The translations under genes and the position numbers were made by a program. Under the pieces are notes generated by a model that was not told the DNA's origin, did not search any database, and was given only the letters and a program-made list of their open reading frames with translations. Source: Candidatus Omnitrophota bacterium (lineage in GTDB: Bacteria; Omnitrophota; Gorgyraeia; Gygaellales; Profunditerraquicolaceae). Taken from it: a DNA stretch of 64,000 bases. The stretch spans positions 68,766 to 132,765 of the forward strand of contig JBEKHW010000001.1 in assembly GCA_050012075.1 (NCBI GenBank), written 5' to 3'. The first letter of the stretch is position 1. Each line of letters opens with the position of its first letter. Below are positions 49,010 through 59,300 of the stretch, one piece after another.

Positions 49010-51355
49010 TCATTTCTTCCAAAGTTTTTTATATACAAAGTAGCTTTTGCGTAATTGCCTTAAAAAGGGGCTAAGCTTTCCTTCGCCCTGGCCGCATAAA
49101 CCAAGCCATTCTTCATGCATATAGCCATCCGGAAATGGCCCGGCGAACAAGCCTCTCGTATCATGCACGGACGGCTCATATGCTTTCCACCATTCATCCA
49201 GGTATTCAAAAACAACCCCGCCTATGGAATTCCCCGCGCCTGTCTCGAAAGCCATGTTATTCTCGATATCTTCCCACGAGCCCTTATGATATTCGGCCTG
49301 GAGCTCTTCTGCTTCATCAATGCTCTTACCGTCCGCGTAAGCCGGGCAGCCGAATTCAGTGATGAATACAGGTTTATCCGCTTCCTCTTTTACGCCCTCC
49401 CAAAGACGGCCGAATCCGGAGTTGCCCCTGTAAACATTGGTCCCAAAAATATCTATGTCTGGCGCGTCCTTGCCAAACTTATCCAGATATAGTGTATCGC
49501 CGCTACATATGGCTACGGGATGCTCGGGGTCGATTTCTTTTATTCTCCTGGCCACCTCATTTGCAAATTTAAAAAAGGTGTCCGGTTCTTTATCGGCATT
49601 ACAGGCCAGGCCATACACGTTTTCATTCCCTAAAAGCCAGAAAAGAATAAACGGCTCGTCTTTAAATTCCGTTACCATCCTGACTACTGAATCCATCATA
49701 TTCTTTTTCTGTTCCTCATTATTGTAATCTGTTCCCGGATTCCATGGCGCGCCAGAGCCCAGGGCGTATTTTCCCAGGAAATCACCCATGATTACCCTTA
49801 TCCCGTAAGTTTTATACAGGTCGCGCAGAAGCTCTTTATTTACCGGATACGGCTGATGGTACAACCGGACCGTATTTGTCCCTAAGCTCTGTATAAGGAA
49901 GAAATCGCCTATAGAGGGCTCGTCTTTATCCTGGATATTATTGCGGTTCCTATCCACAAAAGCATCATAGGGCCCATCGATTTTTCCGTTTTTATTAAAG
50001 TCGTCATACATCCAGTTGGTCATAGTCTTATCATCCGGGGATTGCCCTACCTTTGTCGGCGCGTAAGTTATACCTTTAATTATATAGGGCTTGCCTTCAA
50101 CAGTAAGTTGCCAGTCACCTGTTTCGTATTGCAGGAGGTGCACTTTTCCTTTACCGAGGCGGCGCTTTATGCTTAAGAGGTTTATGTCCGGCTTTGATTT
50201 AATTTTATCAAGAATATTTACTTTTACGAATTTCCCGGGGCTGGCGACGACTATATCGTTAGCCACATCATTGTCATAACCATTTATTATCTTTATGTCG
50301 GCGTCCTCAAGTTTATAACCTAACTGCGGATTGCGGCGCAGTAAATAATCTATCCTGTCTATCGCTGCCTGACCGACGTACCAGGGGGTGTGCCAATAAG
50401 TCCAGCCGTAAGCGCCGGGAAAATGCACGACAATAGCGTAATAACATTTTATGGCATGTTTAATAAGTCCTGCCTTCTCCAGGATAAAAGCGGTATAAAA
50501 TAATTTAACCCCCTGCGGCTCTGGGGCAATGGCCCACCTCAAAAACGCCGACTCTAAATCAGGGGTATGCAGATAATCCCAGTGCGGGCACTCCAGGCGC
50601 TTCTCTTTCATAGCCGTCTTAAATTCCGGGTCCCATCTTACTGAAGTGCTATTAGGATAAATCGCCTCGCCCACCGCAGCCATTAATCCTTCCTGGTCTT
50701 TAACCTCGTATTTATAATCCTTTGTGCCCACATTCTTAAACTCGCCGTATTTGGCGTAGTTGACGAAATCTTCCTTTCCCGGGTCATAAAGGGTTATTTT
50801 GGTGGGGGTTTTGCTTATCTGGCACTCTTTCTTTTTTTCATCTATTACGCCCGGGCATTTGCAGGGGACGGTATCCGCGGGAGTTATCTTGATAATGCTT
50901 TCGCGGCTTGCTTTCGCCACTTTCCAGAACCAGCCACGGGGGTCCCATGCCTGGGCAAAACAATAGTTGTCCACAACGATCCGAAAGGCTTTTAGCGCCT
51001 CATCATTATTTTTCTTTATATCGCGCCAGGCCTCTGCCTGGATAAAATAGGCGGTGCCTACGTCATTTAACGATTGCAGCGCTTCAATATCCGGCCGGTT
51101 AACCGGAAATCCACGCAGGGAGTTTTGCTGTTTGTCTGCCTGGTCTTTATAAAGCTGGATGATTTGAGCGGTGTATTGCATGGTTTCATCAAACTTGCCT
51201 TCACCTTTAGCTGCCCAGGCCTTTACGATTAACTCTCCGGAGGTGGGTTTGGCCGCAGGTGCCGCAGTATTTTCTGCGAAAGCAAAAGTTATTGCTAGGC
51301 ATACTATGAACCATGAACTATGAACTATGAACAACTTTCTAAATTGAGGCATCAT
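49010..51355 (-). CDS. Secreted TPR-like domain plus clan GH-A (GH2-like) glycoside hydrolase
   Basis: GTNTVRLY, LGNE, ITEFG and EYLDEWWK motifs; helical N-terminal region. Confidence 0.75.
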   Translation of the reverse strand: MMPQFRKLFIVHSSWFIVCLAITFAFAENTAAPAAKPTSGELIVKAWAAKGEGKFDETMQYTAQIIQLYKDQADKQQNSLRGFPVNRPDIEALQSLNDVGTAYFIQAEAWRDIKKNNDEALKAFRIVVDNYCFAQAWDPRGWFWKVAKASRESIIKITPADTVPCKCPGVIDEKKKECQISKTPTKITLYDPGKEDFVNYAKYGEFKNVGTKDYKYEVKDQEGLMAAVGEAIYPNSTSVRWDPEFKTAMKEKRLECPHWDYLHTPDLESAFLRWAIAPEPQGVKLFYTAFILEKAGLIKHAIKCYYAIVVHFPGAYGWTYWHTPWYVGQAAIDRIDYLLRRNPQLGYKLEDADIKIINGYDNDVANDIVVASPGKFVKVNILDKIKSKPDINLLSIKRRLGKGKVHLLQYETGDWQLTVEGKPYIIKGITYAPTKVGQSPDDKTMTNWMYDDFNKNGKIDGPYDAFVDRNRNNIQDKDEPSIGDFFLIQSLGTNTVRLYHQPYPVNKELLRDLYKTYGIRVIMGDFLGKYALGSGAPWNPGTDYNNEEQKKNMMDSVVRMVTEFKDEPFILFWLLGNENVYGLACNADKEPDTFFKFANEVARRIKEIDPEHPVAICSGDTLYLDKFGKDAPDIDIFGTNVYRGNSGFGRLWEGVKEEADKPVFITEFGCPAYADGKSIDEAEELQAEYHKGSWEDIENNMAFETGAGNSIGGVVFEYLDEWWKAYEPSVHDTRGLFAGPFPDGYMHEEWLGLCGQGEGKLSPFLRQLRKSYFVYKKLWKK
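51302..51332. repeat. 7-bp ACTATGA tandem repeat within a signal-peptide coding region
   Basis: actatga accatga actatga actatga; encodes FIVHSSWFIV. Confidence 0.8.
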
Positions 51356-52200
51356 CCTACAACCGCTCCTTGTGTTACGCCCTTAACAATATACTTCTGC
51401 ATCAACAGATATACTATTATTATAGGTAGGGCGGTAATGGTAAGCCCTGCCATTAAAAGCGGGTAATTGGTAACAAACTCCCCCTGGAATGTCTGTAGCG
51501 CTACCTGTAAAGGCATAAATTTACGGTCGTCGAATATAATGAGCGCTAGTATATATTCATTCCAGACGCTAAGCGCGTTAAAGACTACAACCACTGCCAG
51601 TACCGGTTTTGCCAAAGGAAGCGCTACGTGCCACCAGATGCCCAGCTTCGAACAGCCGTCAATACGCGCGGCATCCTCCAGTTCCTTGGGCATTTTATCG
51701 AAAAATGTTTTCAAAAGGAAGATGCTCGTGGATAACCCTACGTTTATCATACACAGGATATAACCTACAGGCGTGTTTCTCAGGTGCAGTTTATTAAGAA
51801 GCACGTAAAGGGCAACGAAACTTCCCGGTATGGGAATCATCATCGCGGCCATAAACATTATAAACAGGATATTTCTTCCCGGAAATTTAAAGCGCGAGAA
51901 GGCATAAGCAGCAAGCGAGGCGATAATAATAATGCCGAATACCACGGCAGTGGTATAGAGAATACTGTTAAGAAAATTCCCTCCGAACCCCCCTTCTTTC
52001 CAGGCAAGTATATAATTCTGCCAGTGAGGATGATGGGGCAGCAAAGATAAATCTTTAAATATGGTATCCTGGGTCTTGAGGCTCGAAGATACCATCCATA
52101 ACAAAGGGAATAAACAGGTAACAGTAACAGAAAGCAGCAATAGATGCACCAATACGTTAATTGTAATTTTCTTGGCCTTATAATAAACAGGCGTTCTCAT
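51352..52200 (-). CDS. Carbohydrate ABC transporter permease (MalG-like)
   Basis: EAA loop ELEDAARIDG; WNEY motif. Confidence 0.93.
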   Translation of the reverse strand: MRTPVYYKAKKITINVLVHLLLLSVTVTCLFPLLWMVSSSLKTQDTIFKDLSLLPHHPHWQNYILAWKEGGFGGNFLNSILYTTAVVFGIIIIASLAAYAFSRFKFPGRNILFIMFMAAMMIPIPGSFVALYVLLNKLHLRNTPVGYILCMINVGLSTSIFLLKTFFDKMPKELEDAARIDGCSKLGIWWHVALPLAKPVLAVVVVFNALSVWNEYILALIIFDDRKFMPLQVALQTFQGEFVTNYPLLMAGLTITALPIIIVYLLMQKYIVKGVTQGAVVG

Positions 52201-52211
52201 ATACCCTTCCA

Positions 52212-52285
52212 GGGACGGTTCTCAATTCAATCGGAGAAGTGTCCCGGAACAGGGACGGTTCTCGCTTTGGTTTGAGAACCGTCCC
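52212..52285. repeat. REP doublet (REPIN/MITE-like), reverse orientation
   Basis: GGGACGGTTCTCAATTCAATCGGAGAAGTGTCCC-GGAACA-GGGACGGTTCTCGCTTTGGTTTGAGAACCGTCCC. Confidence 0.92.
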
Positions 52286-52292
52286 TGCATAT

Positions 52293-53186
52293 TTAACTCC
52301 TGGATTTTCTGGAAATCCGGTATTGCACAAAAGAAATCGCCATAAGAATCGCGCCGAAATTAATACCCAGCGCGCAGGCATATCCAAAGCGGGAAGAACC
52401 GCGCATTGCCGCTAAAATCCTTAATACAGGCATAGAGGTGTGCCCCGCGAATTCTCCACCGACAAGCCCGATAATCAGGACAAATACCTGCATGGTCCCC
52501 AGGATCGTTAGTATGGCCACCAGCACCATCACCGGTATCATGAGGGGCACGGTAATCTCCTTGAATTGCCGCCAGGCATTTGCTCCATCTACCCTTGCTG
52601 CCTCGTAAAGTTCCCGCGGTATGGTCTGTAACCCTGCCAGGAATATCAGGAATCCCCAGCCAAAACCCTTCCAGCAGTGAACAATCGCTACCGTAGTAAG
52701 GGCCGTTTTAGGGTCAGAAAGCCAGTTGTGCGCCAATTGCGGCAGCCCCATGCCAATAAGAGAACGGTTGATAATATTTGCCCCGTCTACATCGTTAATA
52801 ATAAAGCGCCAGGCCATGCCGACTACGATCTCTGAAAGGACCGGAGGGATAAAAAATACCACGCGGTAAAAATTTTTCAGGCGTATCTCCCTGTCACAGG
52901 CCCAGGCCAATAGAAATGCCAATATATTCTGGAAAGTGAGCGCTATCAACGTGACGTATCCGGCATTCCCGATGGACTGCCACCAGCTCTGGTCGGTAAA
53001 AATGGCCTCCTTAAAATTTGCCAGGCCGATAAAGGGCTTGAGCCGGCTTATGCCGTCCCAGTCGGTAAAACTTAAATAAAAAACGTTGATAAAAGGAATG
53101 ATGTAGAATATGGAAAATATAAGCACGGCGGGCAAAACAAACATGTAGTTTTCTGTTGTTGATTTTAATTTCATACGATTTGCCAC
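52293..53186 (-). CDS. Carbohydrate ABC transporter permease (MalF-like)
   Basis: FIGLANF and AGLQTIP.ELYEAARVDGA motifs. Confidence 0.93.
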   Translation of the reverse strand: MANRMKLKSTTENYMFVLPAVLIFSIFYIIPFINVFYLSFTDWDGISRLKPFIGLANFKEAIFTDQSWWQSIGNAGYVTLIALTFQNILAFLLAWACDREIRLKNFYRVVFFIPPVLSEIVVGMAWRFIINDVDGANIINRSLIGMGLPQLAHNWLSDPKTALTTVAIVHCWKGFGWGFLIFLAGLQTIPRELYEAARVDGANAWRQFKEITVPLMIPVMVLVAILTILGTMQVFVLIIGLVGGEFAGHTSMPVLRILAAMRGSSRFGYACALGINFGAILMAISFVQYRISRKSRS

Positions 53187-53200
53187 CTGTTACCTAAAAC

Positions 53201-54514
53201 CTATGGCCTTTTTTTAGCTAACTCCCGCTCTTTTACCTTCTGCACTTCCCGGGCCACCTGTTCAGGCGTCTTTTCTCCGATAATAATCGACTGAATTCCC
53301 CTGTCCCAGGCCTCGATAACCGCAGAAAATTCTGAAACGCCCCAGACATTAGGGTGGGTAGCTACGTCCATACCCTTGGCAAAATCCGCCAGTATATCCG
53401 GTATCTTTCCCAGGCAGTTTTTATTCGCAGGCAGGTTATTGGTTTCCTGCGCCAGGTATGCCTGCTGATCTCTATCGGTAAGCCACTGTAAGAATTTTAC
53501 CGCTTCTTCTTTATTTTTGGAATGCGCGCTTATCATGAAAGATGAACCAGCGCCTCCCCAGATACTCATCGGAAAATTGATCGAGGCCTGAGGCGGAAGC
53601 ATAACGCCGTAGTCAAGCTTGGAGTTCATTCCTTTATATACATTGACACACCAGGAACCGTTAAAGGCAAAGACTGCTTTTTCGTTGGCAAAAAGCTGCT
53701 CTGCGGTCTTATTGACCATGGTCACAAGGCCCTGGGCTAAAATACCGGATTCCCGCATCTGCCTGAAAATATCCAGCACCTCTATCCATGCCGGGTCAGT
53801 ATAAGGCACATCTCCCCGCAGCGTTGCCAATACCTTCTCTTTTCCCATGATGTTAAAGGCGTAGTCACTGGCGAAACAATCAATCATCCATAATTCTCCC
53901 CATCCTGAAACAAATCCCTGTACGCCGGCTGCCTGGATTTTCTTTCCTAACTCCAAAAACTCCTGGAAGGTCGCGGGAGGATTTCGGGGATTTAATCCCA
54001 GCTGTTTAATAAGATTCTTATTATAGACCATCTGTATGGTCATTATGTCTATGGGCGCGCCGTAAATACCCGGCGTTACACCGTAACTATTTGCCTCGGC
54101 AAATTCATTCACTGCCAGCGCCTTAGGAAAAAAATTATTTTTCCATTCGGCGTTATTTGCCTCCATATAAGTAGTGAGGTCAAGTATATGGCCTGCTTTT
54201 ATAAAAGAGGCAAAATCCCTTTTTTCTCCCAGTATCCCGAAAATATCAGGTAAATTCTCTCCCTGGGCTGCCGCGCGCACCTTCTGTGAATATGCATCCG
54301 ATGGCGCATAAAGCTGGAAATCAATTTTCACTCCTGTTTTTGCTTCGTAACGGCTGGCGAGTTCCTGAAAAACGGGTTCTCTATCCGTCATCCAGTGCCA
54401 TACGGTAAGAGTAACAGGGCGCTTGCCCTTTTTAGCATTGCACCCTGTCAGTAAAGGTAAGATTAAAATACCTGAAAATAATAAACTTAATAATATTATT
54501 GTTTTACGCCGCAT
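53201..54514 (-). CDS. Carbohydrate ABC transporter substrate-binding lipoprotein (start revised to 54514)
   Basis: Lipobox LTGC; LTVWHW, PDIF, YNK and NGSW motifs. Confidence 0.9.
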   Translation of the reverse strand: MRRKTIILLSLLFSGILILPLLTGCNAKKGKRPVTLTVWHWMTDREPVFQELASRYEAKTGVKIDFQLYAPSDAYSQKVRAAAQGENLPDIFGILGEKRDFASFIKAGHILDLTTYMEANNAEWKNNFFPKALAVNEFAEANSYGVTPGIYGAPIDIMTIQMVYNKNLIKQLGLNPRNPPATFQEFLELGKKIQAAGVQGFVSGWGELWMIDCFASDYAFNIMGKEKVLATLRGDVPYTDPAWIEVLDIFRQMRESGILAQGLVTMVNKTAEQLFANEKAVFAFNGSWCVNVYKGMNSKLDYGVMLPPQASINFPMSIWGGAGSSFMISAHSKNKEEAVKFLQWLTDRDQQAYLAQETNNLPANKNCLGKIPDILADFAKGMDVATHPNVWGVSEFSAVIEAWDRGIQSIIIGEKTPEQVAREVQKVKERELAKKRP

Positions 54515-54635
54515 CTTTCCTATCCTTTCTTTTAATGGGGAATGGGATATATGAGGACGAATTACCTTAAAAACGAATACTAAAATGTAACATATATTTA
54601 CTTTTAGGTCAAGATTTTTTTGCCTACATTGGCAT

Positions 54636-54683
54636 CTACCTGGCGCTAATCGGAATTGCGCCAGTATTGCCCTCGTGGGCAAA
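54636..54683 (-). repeat. Two-hairpin dispersed repeat copy
   Basis: Minus strand reads TTTGCCCACGAGGGCAATAC-TGGCGC-AATTCCGATTA-GCGCCA-GGTAG. Confidence 0.75.
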
Positions 54684-54741
54684 CCCACGCAAGGCGTAAC
54701 TTCTTCACTCTCTTACCTATATGTGTATAGATAATCCTGCA

Positions 54742-55461
54742 TTACCTGGCTGCCAATAAGCCGGACATTCCCATTAAATTGGCCCTTTCAAGGTTCACGC
54801 CTACCCGGAAATTCTCCCTGCCGCCTTTTTCGCACCAGGCCACTTCCCCGCGTAAATAATGCGGCTCTTGCCTCCCCGGGACTTCTACCCACATCTCTAT
54901 GGGCGCGCTATTGGATAATTGCCCATTCAGGGTAATACCTAGCCCCTTGGCGCTGATATCGTTTGTCCAGCCCCTGCCTTCCTGGTTGGAAAATAAATCA
55001 ATGTAACGCAGGTTAAAGCGCGCCGGAAACCGTTCAAAAACCCGCTTGTCGGAAAACTTCTCTCCTTCCATATTCTCACCACCTTTCTTATTTTCTTCTT
55101 TGATACCCCTGCGCCATTCTTTCTTGATTTGTCCTGCGCAGTAGCGCCGGGCAAATTGGCTGATTTTTTCTTTATCGTCGTCGCTTATCTTACTAAAATA
55201 CAACCCGTATACATTATGGCCGTCTATTATCTTCTGCCAGGCCACCCAGCATGTTGCTTCTACAGAGCAATCCTTGCTTAGTGTAATGCGCAAGTTCTTA
55301 TAGGTATCTTTCTCTATCCTGCGGCTGATAATAATCTGCGCGCCCTTAAAACAAATATCCCTGAGCTGGCAATCGACAGATTCTTTACCGTCGCCCACTG
55401 CCACCTTTACCTGTTTATACAACAGGTAACGCTGGAATTCTCTACGCTCTTTAATCTCCAT
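54742..55461 (-). CDS. Tandem PilZ-PilZ domain protein
   Basis: ERREFQR..DICFKG and DKRVFER..DISAKG motifs; internal GGAGG-like SD with an ATG near 55071. Confidence 0.85.
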   Translation of the reverse strand: MEIKERREFQRYLLYKQVKVAVGDGKESVDCQLRDICFKGAQIIISRRIEKDTYKNLRITLSKDCSVEATCWVAWQKIIDGHNVYGLYFSKISDDDKEKISQFARRYCAGQIKKEWRRGIKEENKKGGENMEGEKFSDKRVFERFPARFNLRYIDLFSNQEGRGWTNDISAKGLGITLNGQLSNSAPIEMWVEVPGRQEPHYLRGEVAWCEKGGRENFRVGVNLERANLMGMSGLLAAR

Positions 55462-55467
55462 CGCCGT

Positions 55468-55830
55468 TTAACTAATGCCTGTCCACCACTGTTTTCTTAG
55501 CTCCTTCGGGAAATTGCTCTCAACATAATCATAGATCCTGGTTTTATATGCGTCATTGAGGTCGTGAAAGCGCAGCCCATAACAGCAATCCTGTTCGCCA
55601 TCCTGGCTCCAGGCAACAGACGCCTCTGTCCGAAAACCCAAACCGTCTGCCAGATCCACCCTTATCCTTGATAATGCTTCGGGAAATACCTTCCGGGGCA
55701 AAAACACACGCATCCCCTCGGTGCTTATATCCCTGACCGTACACGGCATCCCCCTGCCGCACTCTTGATCAAGCATGATCTGTGCCGGTTGATTCACTTC
55801 CCATCTCACCATCTTCCTGCGCTCATCCAT
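55468..55830 (-). CDS. PilZ domain protein (start revised to 55830)
   Basis: ERRKMVR and DISTEG motifs; SD GGAGGTG. Confidence 0.87.
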   Translation of the reverse strand: MDERRKMVRWEVNQPAQIMLDQECGRGMPCTVRDISTEGMRVFLPRKVFPEALSRIRVDLADGLGFRTEASVAWSQDGEQDCCYGLRFHDLNDAYKTRIYDYVESNFPKELRKQWWTGIS

Positions 55831-55846
55831 CTTATTCTCACCTCCC

Positions 55847-55920
55847 TTCCCCGCTAGGGGACACCCGCGCAATTTCCCCACAGAGGGGACACCGGCGCAA
55901 TTCAAATAAGCGCCGGGTGC
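55847..55920 (+). repeat. Two-hairpin dispersed repeat: one truncated and one full copy
   Basis: TTCCCCGCTAGGGGACACCCGCGCAATT then TCCCCACAGAGGGGACAC-CGGCGC-AATTCAAATAA-GCGCCG-GGTGC. Confidence 0.7.
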
Positions 55921-56003
55921 ATGCATCGCACGAGGTGCTATTGTTTTCCCGTGGCTTTTCTGTACTAACTGGCGATTAATTAATTTAGACGCAGCTGTAA
56001 ATA

Positions 56004-56233
56004 AAATGGGCAACTCTCGTGCGGAAAGATACGGGGCAAGATGACGCGTTAAGGCATCACTTTTAGATGGGGTGTTGTCTGGAAGTTTTTCAAAATCCGC
56101 TCTTACCTGCAACATCTTTCCTCGTGTTGGCTTCCGGTGTTCTTGCGTAACAGAAACTTCTTGCTTCCCCAAAGGAGAAAATAAGTCTCTGCGCCTTCCG
56201 TGGCTAGATCGCAGGCTGCTATTGTTACCCATT
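56004..56233 (-). ncRNA. Candidate ~230-nt structured RNA upstream of the PilZ genes
   Basis: Starts just after TATAAT; 5' AATGGGTAAC pairs with 3' GTTGCCCATT followed by a U-rich tract; several internal hairpins. Confidence 0.4.
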
Positions 56234-56315
56234 ATTATATCCCAAGTTACGTAAAATATCATATTTTATTTTTACTCATTGTGTTGCTTTTAAAATATCC
56301 ACCTCTGCCCAAAAA

Positions 56316-59300
56316 TTATGGCAGAGGAGGAGACTTCTGCAGTATCCGTAACCATTCAATCAGCTGAATTAAGGAACTTATTTTTTCACCCACAAAAACA
56401 TACCTGGAGTCATCTACATATATCGGCCCTACCTTATCGTATCTGACGGGGCCGTATTCCTCTTCTTCCGTAAAGGCGATTTCAGGGAGCCTGGCCGGCG
56501 TCGATGAGCTTTTCCCGGCAACATCGCAACCCGTATCTGGTTTGTTTCCGGATGCCGGCGAGCTGCCGATATTATCCTTACTTTTTTTTGTTTTACTCAC
56601 TACTGCCTTACCCATCTTTCTCCGGCAAGCGTTGATTAGGTCGGTCTGGGGATAGGTCAATCCTTCATCATTTTCTAAGGCACCAATTTGATCCAATATG
56701 GCTTTTGCCTTGTGCTTGCGGCCTTTACCCAGGGCATTAGTTAGCTGCCAATATAAATTGCTGAATTTTCTTTCTTGTTCCAGTGCCTCTTGTTCGCCAT
56801 CCGTGTCAAGAGAAGATAACTGGGATGTTTTCTCTGGGAGTGCCTGTGTTAAAAACAATGGCACAGGTTCTCTTTTAAATTTAATCGTCATTATGGCAAC
56901 ATAACGCAGCTGTGTGCCCTTTTCTGCTGCCGCTTCAATTAATTTCTTTTCTGCGTAATCCAGAGCCTTTATAATCTCATTATCCTCTCCGCAATTATTA
57001 GGTAATGTCTCAATATGCTCACGGAAGAACGCCAACAAGAAGGGCCATTCATTCAACTTCACGATATGCTCGATCTGTTCCGCGAGCGTCTTCCCCTTTA
57101 ACTCACGACGGCTCCGGAGCTTGTCTTTTAAATAATCGCTTTTGTCCAGCCACCCCATGGCCGCCTCGCATCTTTCTATAGTAAAATCTGGGGCCTTTAG
57201 CTCCTCTACTGCCAGCTGCGCTTCATCCTGCGCCGGAGAGCTGCCGGTTACTCCAGAATTATCCTTTCCGCCGCCTGCGCCGCCGCCTTGAGGTCCATTG
57301 CGTAAAGACACTTTATTACCGTGACTCTCATTCTCTTCTGGATCCATGCTACGCAAGACAAATTCATCATCTTTAAGAAGAGCAACTTTAAATTGACTCC
57401 TTAAACCTTTTATAAAATCAGACAATTCTACCTTGCCGTCCTCCGTTGCTAAATTCCAAGTATTGGGAAAAATTAAAACATGGGTAGATGGGCTAATATT
57501 ACCCAACAGATTAAATAGCCTTTTGAGTGCATGCGGCATGAGATGATGTATTACTGCATTAATCATTATAAAATCCGCTGAAAGGGCGCGATTTATAATA
57601 TTCTCATCAATAATATTCCCAAAAATTAGTTCAATTGAATCTTTTACAAAAGGTAAGTTTCGATTCACGAAATTAACCTTTGCCTGATAACGTTCAAATT
57701 CCCGCTGAGACGGTAAGTCAGGATTTTTTAACTCAAAACCAGAATCTAAATGGATTCTTGCTAGAGATAAGAAATCTTGTTCTATATCAACCCCCGTAAC
57801 TTTTAGCTGAAGGTTCTTCCCAAATTTTATACCCCATTCAGGATGTCTACTGACTTCATCAAACACAACAGCAGCTAGCGAGGCAGGCTCCTCTCCGGTA
57901 CCACAACCTAAACTCCACATATTTATCTTAACAGGTAATTCGTTATTATGTTTTTCCCTATCTATAATTATCGCTAAAGATTGCCTTATGTACTCGTATT
58001 CTTTATCACATCTTAAACAATCAGATTGGCTAACTACAATAAGATACTGATCTATAAGATACTGATGAGCCGAAGAATTCACATTATTCAAGTCAGCAAT
58101 AACCCGATGAATATCATAGTTATACTGCCTGAAACAATCATACAAATAAGAAGCCCCAGACTGCTGCGCTGACATCTCTTCTATCAATTGCCTGAGAAAA
58201 TTCAAAGAGGTTGGCGCTCTTCGAGAATCGCCGAACACCTTCTCATAAATACCTGTGCTGTAAAAAACATTCTCGATTGTTTTTATTTCTGCCTGACTGA
58301 TATTATAGCGGGACATAATATCGTGTAGTTCCGATAACATTCCCTCTTTCTCCGCCGGCGAGCTGCCGCGCTTAATAACTTCAGTAAACTTAATCGCTGT
58401 CTCTAGGGGGTTTGCTACCTGGGTAATCGCTGAATTTACCAGGAAACCATTAAATCCTATCATTAATGCTTGCCTGGCCTGTTCGGGGACACCTATACCG
58501 CACTCAGCAATTAACGAAATATCCGGCCGTATTTCCCTAACCCACCTTATGATATCTTTCATTTTCGTAATATCGCCCAAACCTTGGTTAGAACCCGGCT
58601 TTGTCCCTTCAATACGTAAAGCAATGACCTGAGGCGTTTTTAACAATTTTTTTAGCTTTGCTCTGCCAATATCTTTTCCTATTAAAGGGATAATCTTAAT
58701 GTTTTTGTTTAATCCAGCTAACTTACGGGTTGCTTCCAGAATATTGTCATTTTTAGTCATGAAATTATCATCTCTGATTTCAAGCTTAACATAAGGAGAT
58801 TTCATAATCATAATCCCTAACCCTGCCATTTTTACAGCCGCATCCACTGTTTGACACCTACTGGTATTGATGAGAATAATAAAATCTCTGGTTTTATTTT
58901 GTTTGGTTAATTTCTCATGAACTAATTTTATATAATCTAACTGCGCAAATTCCGACACTGAATTTAAATCACCTTCTTTACCCAACCTGCACCAGCCAGC
59001 ATTATCTTCAATCTCGGCTTTCTGCAGATAGCTCTCCATAGGTTTTATATGATATCCGGCCCTCATGTTTAATTCTTCGATACGCACAGGTGTAAAAATA
59101 AAGAATTGTGCGTTTGACTCTACGACAATGTCAGCTGCTATTTCCGTGGTAAGGATTTTAATGCAACTTCCTTTACCACGCGCATCATTAGATATATGTG
59201 TAATGGCTAGCGGAGCGATAAAAGGATATAATTGTCTATTATCAATTACTATACCGCCGTGCCTGCCCGCGCTGGCGGCAGGGCTGCTGCCGCACACACT

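Noticed and set aside
55921-56240. c-di-GMP-I riboswitch before the PilZ genes (AGCCACGG, GTTGCC)
   Set aside because: The GGCAAAC..GAAA..GACGCAAAG P1/P2 architecture is not present in order; kept only as an unknown RNA candidate.
55831-56262. N-terminal 144 aa of the 264-aa track ORF
   Set aside because: It reads through repeats and structured DNA. A strong SD and ATG at 55830 give a clean PilZ protein.
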